A stretch of DNA of 64,000 nt from the IMG/VR virus record IMGVR_UViG_3300023215_003041. The stretch is one strand, 5' to 3'. The stretch is from a virus. The notes under the pieces were generated by a model, which saw only the letters and a list, made by a program, of their open reading frames with translations, had not been told where the DNA came from and did no database searches. Each line of letters starts with the position of its first letter. Position 1 is the stretch's first letter. The position numbers and the translations under genes are program-made. This document shows, in pieces, positions 28,030-34,959 of the stretch.

Positions 28030-28593
28030 TTAGTAAAAGCCCAGTTCACCCTCGCTATCGTCAATCAACCAACGACGCATCGGGAACGTGATATAAATAC
28101 CGCGATTCGCACCGGCGCTTTCACCCCAGAACCAATAGTTCGCGTCAACAAACCCGTCGGGTTTTAACTCGATAGAATCAAGCTTCTCGTGCCAATGGAA
28201 GTAGCCCCCAGACACACTCATACTTAATGCGCCAGTCTCACCCACCTTAGGCCGGTGAAGGTGAGGCCCAGCGTTCATACAAATCGCTCGACTTGACCCA
28301 TACTCACGGCAGATAAGCGCCTTTTCGTAAACCCGCCCATTCTTACAAATAACCCGAACACGATGCCCAGGTATTGCACGGGCATTTACGTTGCTGCAAG
28401 TCTGCAACGCTTGGCGATACATATACCAGTTATCCAGAACCGCTCGGTTGAAAGAGCCAACATAGGTAAGGTTTGAGCGTACAATCTTGAATAGGTCGCA
28501 CAACTCGGTAAACCCAAAACTACCCCTTGGCACACGATAGCTATTCAAAATACGCCCCGTCTCATCTACCGCGATATCGTGAAAAAGACTCAT
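28030..28593 (-). CDS. hypothetical protein, possibly DUF4121-like
   Basis: SVSGGYF...YWFWGESAGANRG; family assignment tentative. Confidence 0.6.
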   Translation of the reverse strand: MSLFHDIAVDETGRILNSYRVPRGSFGFTELCDLFKIVRSNLTYVGSFNRAVLDNWYMYRQALQTCSNVNARAIPGHRVRVICKNGRVYEKALICREYGSSRAICMNAGPHLHRPKVGETGALSMSVSGGYFHWHEKLDSIELKPDGFVDANYWFWGESAGANRGIYITFPMRRWLIDDSEGELGFY

Positions 28594-29078
28594 ACGTCCA
28601 CAGCCTCCGCCCACGCTTTTTCGAACTCGGCTTTCGAATAGCCGCGAAGGCCACCAAAATCGTAACGATGTAAAATCTCGTCTTTAGTGAACTCGCAATC
28701 GTTGATTTGATAGCAAAGCCGACGGGTAACGTCATACATCAACACACCTCGTCGCGCCCCTCCCGAGAGGGCAATATACTCATACTCGACAGCACGGATA
28801 ATCTGACCCTCCGGCCCGTAGTGACGACCCGTGTTCCACTCCATACGGCGCATTTTTTCAGGTTCGGGTTTCACTTCCTCGGGCCAGCAAGACCACGATG
28901 TTTCCGTCGGGCCGTAACCCTTCTGTCGGTCTATCTCACACGTAGGCATATCCGCAGCAACATGATTGCCATAGGCTTCTGCAATCTCATAATCACAGGC
29001 CTTCACGTTGGGTAAAACAAGCTGTCGGCCCGTGTCGCTTTCTTCAAGCACGATTTTAAATTCTTTCAAATCATTCAT
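28590..29078 (-). CDS. hypothetical protein
   Basis: ATG 29078 after the leader. Confidence 0.65.
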   Translation of the reverse strand: MNDLKEFKIVLEESDTGRQLVLPNVKACDYEIAEAYGNHVAADMPTCEIDRQKGYGPTETSWSCWPEEVKPEPEKMRRMEWNTGRHYGPEGQIIRAVEYEYIALSGGARRGVLMYDVTRRLCYQINDCEFTKDEILHRYDFGGLRGYSKAEFEKAWAEAVDV

Positions 29079-29138
29079 CGTCAATTTCCAAGTTTTAAGT
29101 TAATTTCAGTGGTGGGGAACTCCCCACCAGTTTCGCCG

Positions 29139-29327
29139 CTACTTCATTCGGGCTTTTGACGCACGTTCAGCCTCGATACGCTGCTGTATTTCCTCGCGGT
29201 GTACAGAAACTTCTCGGGGAGCATTAACACCCACGCGAACTTGATTCCCATGTACCCCCAGGATAGACACCGTAACATTGTCACCAATAACAACAGCTTC
29301 ACCGATACGTCTGGTTAGTATTAACAT
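29139..29327 (-). CDS. csrA: carbon storage regulator CsrA/RsmA homolog
   Basis: [47 protein letters not shown] is the canonical CsrA signature. Confidence 0.95.
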   Translation of the reverse strand: MLILTRRIGEAVVIGDNVTVSILGVHGNQVRVGVNAPREVSVHREEIQQRIEAERASKARMK

Positions 29328-29352
29328 TTACTTATTCCTTTTAAGTTAAGAT

Positions 29353-29541
29353 TTACTGGTTTTTATTCGATGATTTCGGCTCGTCAGACTCAACAAAGTC
29401 ACAATAAACCGGCCCTTCATCGGAGGCCATAAAATCAATTTCAGGGTCGGTTGCAAACTCGCAGTGCTCAACGCTTTTGTAACCATCCCCGAGCAGAGTC
29501 CCGCCACACTTTTTACAAACGGGACGGTGGGATTCAAGCAT
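29353..29541 (-). CDS. small Cys-containing hypothetical protein
   Basis: ATG 29541 with GAGG SD; CKKC motif. Confidence 0.55.
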   Translation of the reverse strand: MLESHRPVCKKCGGTLLGDGYKSVEHCEFATDPEIDFMASDEGPVYCDFVESDEPKSSNKNQ

Positions 29542-29887
29542 GTTCCACCTCGCATTCTTCGTCGTTAGGGATAGGCCAATACCCAAAATCAGAACCATCC
29601 CCCTCGTTAGCACCAAAGTAATAACCCTCCGGCGCTTGGTGTTCTAAAATATCGAACAGTTCTTCAAGCTTGTACCCCGCTTCTTCACTGTCCCACCATT
29701 CGCTCTCGTCGCCCTCATCCACCACCCAAGCGGGGATAAAACCGAAAGGCCCCAAAATCAATTGGGTATACTCAGCATCCGCATATCGACGGACAGCCTC
29801 GAGGAACGCGGGGATTAAATCTTGGCGGCGGTGGGTAGCCTGAATAAGCGTACCCAGTTCAATATCAATATCTTGGTCGTTTTTCAT
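29534..29887 (-). CDS. acidic hypothetical phage protein
   Basis: QDLIPAF...GYYFGANEGDGSDFGYW. Confidence 0.7.
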   Translation of the reverse strand: MKNDQDIDIELGTLIQATHRRQDLIPAFLEAVRRYADAEYTQLILGPFGFIPAWVVDEGDESEWWDSEEAGYKLEELFDILEHQAPEGYYFGANEGDGSDFGYWPIPNDEECEVEHA

Positions 29888-30357
29888 ACGTTTTGTTCCT
29901 CCGCCTCAAGTTCACGAACCTTAAACGCCAGCACATGCTTCATGTACTTCAATGTCTCCGCTGGAGAAGGTTCATCCTTGTGAAGATGCTCAAAATCCAG
30001 GTCGGTCTCTGGTAGTTCGTCCGCCGCATGTAGGTGTCTTTCGTAAGCTATGCTACAAAAGATTGAATATCCCAAATCGCCAAGTTCATCTAGCAAAATC
30101 TCCGCAATATCCTCAGCGGTTTCGGCAGCACGAAAATGGAGGATATCAACCTTTAGGTGTTTTTGAATTTTAGGATCTACCGCACCATAACCAACGACAC
30201 AGGCAGGGGTCCCGCAAGTGTGGATATCCTCCGCTTGGTCTGCGATTCCATAGTCGTAGTAGAAGTCCTTCATATGGAACGGCAACTCAAACGAAACCAC
30301 TTCTTCCATCGTGTCAATCAAGAGACACAATAAAGGGAATTTTTCAGACGCGTTCAT
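29884..30357 (-). CDS. hypothetical protein (paralog of 27111..27986)
   Basis: FPLL.LLI.TMEEVV...IHTCGTPACVVGYGAV. Confidence 0.65.
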   Translation of the reverse strand: MNASEKFPLLCLLIDTMEEVVSFELPFHMKDFYYDYGIADQAEDIHTCGTPACVVGYGAVDPKIQKHLKVDILHFRAAETAEDIAEILLDELGDLGYSIFCSIAYERHLHAADELPETDLDFEHLHKDEPSPAETLKYMKHVLAFKVRELEAEEQNV

Positions 30358-30842
30358 AGCAACCCCCGTTGAGCCATGGATACACAAGGGCAACCCTGAC
30401 CATTGCCCACGACAACATGGTCGAGTAACGCCACATTGATAACCGTCAGCGCTTCTCGGATTTCTCGGGTAATAGCAATATCAGCCTGACTCGGGGTAGG
30501 TTCGCCTGAGAGGTGGTTGTGCGCCAAGATTACCGCCGCAGCATTGTACTCAAAAACCTTGCGGATAATCTCGCGAGGATAGACCGCCGACGAATTAATC
30601 GTCCCCTCAAACAGAATTTCACTGCCCAACACACCATGCTGAGTGTCAAGAAAGATACACAAGAAACGTTCACGCTCACGCCCCACCAATTGCAAGGCGC
30701 AATAATCCATCGCCGCCCCCGAGTCGTTTAACTGTTTACGGCTGTAGAAGTTGGGTTGTTTCTCACGAAGGATATTTAATGCACGAGTGATAGCCCGTTT
30801 TTCGGCAGGGCTGTAAGTGCCACAAGCGGTTAGATTAGTCAT
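30354..30842 (-). CDS. radC: RadC-family JAB/MPN protein
   Basis: ERFLCIFLDTQH, GTINSSAVYPREI, ILAHNHLSG, SQADIAIT, LLDHVVVG. Confidence 0.9.
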   Translation of the reverse strand: MTNLTACGTYSPAEKRAITRALNILREKQPNFYSRKQLNDSGAAMDYCALQLVGRERERFLCIFLDTQHGVLGSEILFEGTINSSAVYPREIIRKVFEYNAAAVILAHNHLSGEPTPSQADIAITREIREALTVINVALLDHVVVGNGQGCPCVSMAQRGLL

Positions 30843-30966
30843 ACGTCAATTTCCAAATTTTAAGTTAATTTCCTAAAAAACTGCGTTACGAGTCGTAAAT
30901 ACACATCAAGAGTGTCGATTCTCGCAACGCAGCGCAACACAGCGAAGACTTCTCGCTTAATTAGTC

Positions 30967-31362
30967 CTAACCTATAGCCTTCTCCATTGCACCGGCTGAG
31001 GATGCGATAGAGGACGCGCAAGAAATCCCGCAATTGAACCCAAATTCCGCAATGGTTTGCACCAGTTGAAACGAGATATCCAGTTCCACCGCAAGGCGTT
31101 CCATTCGACGATGCATTTCGCCAAGGTCGGCGGTGCCAGGCAATGCCTCAGGTTTACGATACAACCCGATTAACATTTCGATTTGTTTGGCTTTCATGCC
31201 CATCACGGTATCCATGACGACACGTTGCGTTTTCGCGAGGCTATCGCCAAGCGGGGTGTTCACGGCTCGAGGGGTGGGGTTAGAGTCAGTACCGGCAGTA
31301 GGCTCATGGGGTATTGCGTCGGGTGAGGTGTGTTCGGTTGAACGGTTAGCGTTCGAGTTCAT
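30967..31362 (-). CDS. hypothetical protein
   Basis: ATG 31362 after a leader variant. Confidence 0.65.
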   Translation of the reverse strand: MNSNANRSTEHTSPDAIPHEPTAGTDSNPTPRAVNTPLGDSLAKTQRVVMDTVMGMKAKQIEMLIGLYRKPEALPGTADLGEMHRRMERLAVELDISFQLVQTIAEFGFNCGISCASSIASSAGAMEKAIG

Positions 31363-31410
31363 AGCGTCGATTTCCTTCAAGTTAATTTCAAGGGTTGCCC
31401 CTTAAGTCGA

Positions 31411-31440
31411 GTTATACGGTGGGGAGTTCCCCACCGTCAA
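31411..31440 (-). promoter_or_regulatory. sigma70 promoter whose spacer is the 18-bp palindrome
   Basis: TTGACG-GTGGGGAACTCCCCACCG-TATAAC. Confidence 0.7.
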
Positions 31441-31923
31441 GTAAAAATTCAATTTCACCTGAAAAATCACATTTACCCTGTGTCTCCAAGTGTTTTTCGT
31501 AAACCGGTCGCGACAGTGGTGCACTGTCCAAAATCCAAATTTCTCCACACGCAAAAGTCGTTTGGTGGATCACTGCGCCTTGCAGCAAAGAGCAAGGAGG
31601 ATTTCGCTTAATACTTTTATTTAAACCTTAAGTATGTTTTAAAAAGTAACGAAGCTTTTTAAAAGTTTAAGTTAGTATTTTTGTTCCCAGTAAAATATAT
31701 AAATGTACATTATATAACGATAGTTTGTGGGAACATTTTTTGAAATAGGGTCGTAGCCCAATAAACCTACGGCATTGCGACTGGGTGCCGCGGTTACCTC
31801 GGTTACGCGTAACTGTACAAAATTTGCACAGCTACAGGCCGCATTCTTCCGTTTCGAGATTTGCGAAAAATGGCCAAGAAAGTTTATGGGAACAGAAAGT
31901 CTAAGTATTTGTATTTTAGTTAT

Positions 31924-32226
31924 TTATTTTAGTCTTAATCTTTCTTTTGAGGCTTTCGTGTTAGTTCTGTCAAAAAGTTTATGGGAACACGCGTTAACTG
32001 GGCTTGGATTCGCCCTTTGAGTGTCTGTTTTTGCTTTTCTAAGTAGAGTGGCGGCCTCACAAACTAGTAGGATGTTATGCTGCTCAGGGTAGGTTTCAGG
32101 GTCTAGGTTTGAGAGTTGTTCTAGCGTAATACCACCCATTTCAGGTAACCCAATGATGTAGTTTAACCCCCCGTATTCGAGTTCAAATAACCCCGTCGTT
32201 TTCTGATAATTTACACGTAATGCCAT
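31924..32226 (-). CDS. hypothetical protein
   Basis: Conserved leader before ATG 32226. Confidence 0.6.
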   Translation of the reverse strand: MALRVNYQKTTGLFELEYGGLNYIIGLPEMGGITLEQLSNLDPETYPEQHNILLVCEAATLLRKAKTDTQRANPSPVNACSHKLFDRTNTKASKERLRLK

Positions 32227-32499
32227 CGTCGATTCTCCAGTTTTTTGCCTCTTGTGGTGGGGAGTTCCCTACCACTTAGGCGGTTAAATGTGCCACCCTG
32301 TAAGCCTGAAAATGCTTTACAAGGTTTGGCACGGGTTCTATATTCTCATGCGAGAAGCTTGGATAGAGGGTTTATATTTGAAATCGGCGCTGCTCCAATT
32401 TCCGCAATGTCAAACCTCAAGCCGAATTTTTCGTTCTTTTTCTTAGAACGATAATCCACCCGCAAGCCCAAATCATTCTACTAATTAGAATGTTCAAGC

Positions 32500-32712
32500 C
32501 TACTTTTCGTTACCTGGGACTTTTTTCGCGGCTTCACGATTGGCTTTAGCGCCAAAAACCACCAGCAAAAGCAGTGGCACCCCTGCAAAGCTAGACACAT
32601 CCACCAGCGCCATCATTTCACGGCCATAAACCACCAGCGCGAGACCCGCCACCAGCAAAAACAGGTGAATAAACGCCCCCAGTACCATTACTATTTTTCT
32701 ACCTAATTCCAT
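32500..32712 (-). CDS. small membrane protein
   Basis: Two hydrophobic segments; ATG 32712 after the leader. Confidence 0.65.
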   Translation of the reverse strand: MELGRKIVMVLGAFIHLFLLVAGLALVVYGREMMALVDVSSFAGVPLLLLVVFGAKANREAAKKVPGNEK

Positions 32713-33132
32713 CGTCAATTTCCTTCTCGTTTCACGTTTCTCGTTTCTTGGTTTGCGGGTTGGTGGGGAGTTCCCCACCAGCAACCCTTTAGTGTAATCT
32801 CGCTAAAATTTCTTGAACACGCGGATCTTCTAATACCCCTTCCATTTCCACGTTATACATAGTTGTTACCCCAAGGTGTTCCTGGGGGGAGCCCCAGTTA
32901 AACCGAGCGATACAACGAAGGTTATGCTCCCAGAATCGCTTAAGTTGCGCCGTAGTCCCAACCACTTCGGTTTGTTTTCGACCTTCACCAGCGGCACTAC
33001 CATAAAGAGTTTGCTTTATAAAAAAGCCCTTACTTTGTCGAGCTAAATTCTTAGGTATTTTCATCGTCAATTTCCTTCTCGTTTCACGTTTCTTGGTTTG
33101 CGGGTTGGTGGGGAGTTCCCCACCAGCAACCC
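32710..33132. repeat. 78/71-bp direct repeats (32710-32787, 33062-33132) bracketing one gene
   Basis: Identical apart from one 7-bp unit; each contains palindrome plus leader. Confidence 0.92.
32789..33064 (-). CDS. hypothetical protein (91 aa)
   Basis: ATG 33064 after the leader (MKIPKNLARQ...). Confidence 0.65.
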   Translation of the reverse strand: MKIPKNLARQSKGFFIKQTLYGSAAGEGRKQTEVVGTTAQLKRFWEHNLRCIARFNWGSPQEHLGVTTMYNVEMEGVLEDPRVQEILARLH

Positions 33133-33261
33133 CGCGACAGTGAGCCGTACCGCGTGACTCAAATTCTCTTTGCGCGCAAATTACCCCACGTGCTAACCCC
33201 TCAACCCTAGAGCCAAGAGCCACACCGCACACGTTATAAAAAAAAAAACCTACGTACATGT

Positions 33262-33299
33262 ACACACACACACACACACATACACACACACACACACAC
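33262..33299. repeat. (AC)n dinucleotide microsatellite next to an A-run
   Basis: About 19 AC units with one T interruption, preceded by A11 at 33238-33248. Confidence 0.95.
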
Positions 33300-33360
33300 C
33301 CACGCCTATACGCGGCTATACTGGTTTTTCCTAGCTGTCAACAAAAATTTTGCAAAATTA

Positions 33361-33398
33361 AAAAAGCGATTAAACCCCGTAAGGCTTAATCGTTTTTT
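33361..33398. terminator. bidirectional intrinsic terminator
   Basis: AAAAAGCGATTAAACCCC-GTAA-GGCTTAATCGTTTTTT. Confidence 0.7.
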
Positions 33399-33437
33399 CA
33401 ATTTGTAATGGTGGGGAACACCCCACCACCTACCCGC

Positions 33438-34265
33438 TTACTTTTCCATCTGTGCTAGGATATCGGCGCGGACTGATTCAGCGAGCTTGTGCATTTCACC
33501 CCCCACCATAGCGCGGTATTTTTTCGGTAGACCACCGGCGTCCAGTTGTTCCATGTGATCATTCACTAGCGCTTTCACATGGCTTTCAACTTTTGCAAGC
33601 ATTTGGGTTAATGCCTTGTGCACGTTGGTATCTGCGGCGCGTTGTGCCTCGCCCTTGTCGGCATTATCCTTAGCATTGGCCGTTGTGCTTTTTGGCGTTT
33701 CAGCCTTGGTTTCAGCCTTGGTTTCTGCCTTGGTTTCATCCTTGGTTTCAGCCTTGGTTTCAGCCTTGGTTTCTGCCTTGGTTTCATCCTTAGGCAAATA
33801 ACCCCCTAAAAATTCGAGCCATTCTTTTCTGTTAACAGGTGCGCCCATCTCGCCGTATATATCAGCGTCCAAAATGCGATCGGCTAGCTGTGCAAAAGTG
33901 CCTTTAAATTCCAGCGCCTTAAGGCTGTCAAAAAACTTGGTGAAATATTGGCGATTCTCGCTTACATATTTTGCGTAGTCCTTCCAGAAACCTTTCGCCT
34001 GTTGATATAAGCGACTAGTGTCACGGTTGGTACGGGTGCGCTGGTTAGCCGGTACGCCGTATAAATCTAAACAGGTGGCGGTATCAATTCCTTTTTCCAT
34101 GTTGTGCGCCGTAGCAATGCAAGCAATAGCCATTTTCACAGCGGGGACGCGTTTAGCGTTTTTATCCGCCGTAGTTAACACGGTAGCGAATTGGTTTAAG
34201 TCGAATGCCTTAGGTGCAGTGGTGGCAGTGGTGTTTTTTGGTGCTGGTTTGGTTGATGTAGTCAT
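33438..34265 (-). CDS. hypothetical early protein with ETKA repeat linker
   Basis: 275 aa; 12-bp tandem repeats about 33698-33793; first gene after the 34960-34320 noncoding region. Confidence 0.75.
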   Translation of the reverse strand: MTTSTKPAPKNTTATTAPKAFDLNQFATVLTTADKNAKRVPAVKMAIACIATAHNMEKGIDTATCLDLYGVPANQRTRTNRDTSRLYQQAKGFWKDYAKYVSENRQYFTKFFDSLKALEFKGTFAQLADRILDADIYGEMGAPVNRKEWLEFLGGYLPKDETKAETKAETKAETKDETKAETKAETKAETPKSTTANAKDNADKGEAQRAADTNVHKALTQMLAKVESHVKALVNDHMEQLDAGGLPKKYRAMVGGEMHKLAESVRADILAQMEK

Positions 34266-34458
34266 TTGTCGATTTCCTTAAAAGTTAATTGTTAGTGGTG
34301 GGGACTTCCCCACCGGTTAGAGCAGTAAAACGGGTGTTGCTCGAACGTGATTCACTATATAAGGGGGGGTGGTTTTTATGCAAGAAAATGGCTTGATATA
34401 GTGGGGTTGCCCCAACACTCCACCTGAAAAATTTTTGGGATTTTGGGAGGTAGTATCT

Positions 34459-34520
34459 AAACCCTCAATCCTAGAAACTAGAAACTCAACCCTAGAAACT
34501 CAACCCTAGAAACTAGAAAC
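34459..34520. repeat. heptamer array CTAGAAA x5 (spacing 7, 14, 14, 7)
   Basis: Copies at 34471, 34478, 34492, 34506, 34513 interleaved with CTCAACC. Confidence 0.85.
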
Positions 34521-34559
34521 AAAAGTGAGGAACGCGGGACTGGGGTGGTGGCCTAAAAG

Positions 34560-34590
34560 AAAACCCTCAGCTTTTTGAGCTGAGGGTTTG
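34560..34590 (-). terminator. intrinsic terminator
   Basis: AAACCCTCAGCT-CAAAA-AGCTGAGGGTTT followed by TCTTTT on the minus strand. Confidence 0.75.
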
Positions 34591-34735
34591 AGACAATTAT
34601 TTGCCTTAGGCGTTAATTGTAGATTTCCGAAACAATTAAACAACATGGTCAAGTGTCTTGGAACGTTCGTCGATTTCCTGATTGTGGTGCCTGATAAACC
34701 CCTGATTATTTTGGGGTCTCTCGGCGACGTAGACT

Positions 34736-34764
34736 AAAGTATAGGATTTGGTCTGGTTGGTCAA
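34736..34764 (-). promoter_or_regulatory. putative sigma70 promoter
   Basis: TTGACC followed by TATACT (15-nt spacer) or TACTTT (17-nt spacer). Confidence 0.5.
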
Positions 34765-34959
34765 CGGGGTAAAAAGCGCAAATAAGGTTCGGCCTATATT
34801 ACCAATACGTCAAATTGGACTGGGGGTAACACAGGAAAATTGTGCAAAGTAAAGAGAAAACATAGGCTACAGAGGGGGTGAGTGTAACCCAAAAAAGGCA
34901 AGAAAATTTTTTGTAAAAATGTGAACTTTTTTTCTTGCCTTTCAGTAGGTGTTTATTAA

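Larger units (their letters stand above)
17101..34314. repeat. dispersed 18-bp palindrome GGTGGGG-N4-CCCCACC (12 copies)
   Basis: Starts at 17101, 19601, 21669, 22752, 28010, 29111, 31418, 32256 (1 mismatch), 32762, 33107, 33410, 34297; all intergenic. Confidence 0.95.

Noticed and set aside
30354-30842. RadC HNHLSG instead of HNHPSG as a sign of inactivation
   Set aside because: The metal-binding H-x-H and downstream D are retained; a single P-to-L change is not enough evidence.
33065-33295. N-terminal extension MCVCVCVC... of ORF 32789..33295
   Set aside because: Translation of the microsatellite; the real start is the ATG at 33064 after the conserved leader.
17101-34314. Palindrome arms as KOPS sites for the RdgC FtsK-gamma domain, or as N4-type hairpin promoters
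   Set aside because: Arms do not match GGGNAGGG, the loops are 4 nt and variable, and no virion RNA polymerase gene is in the window.
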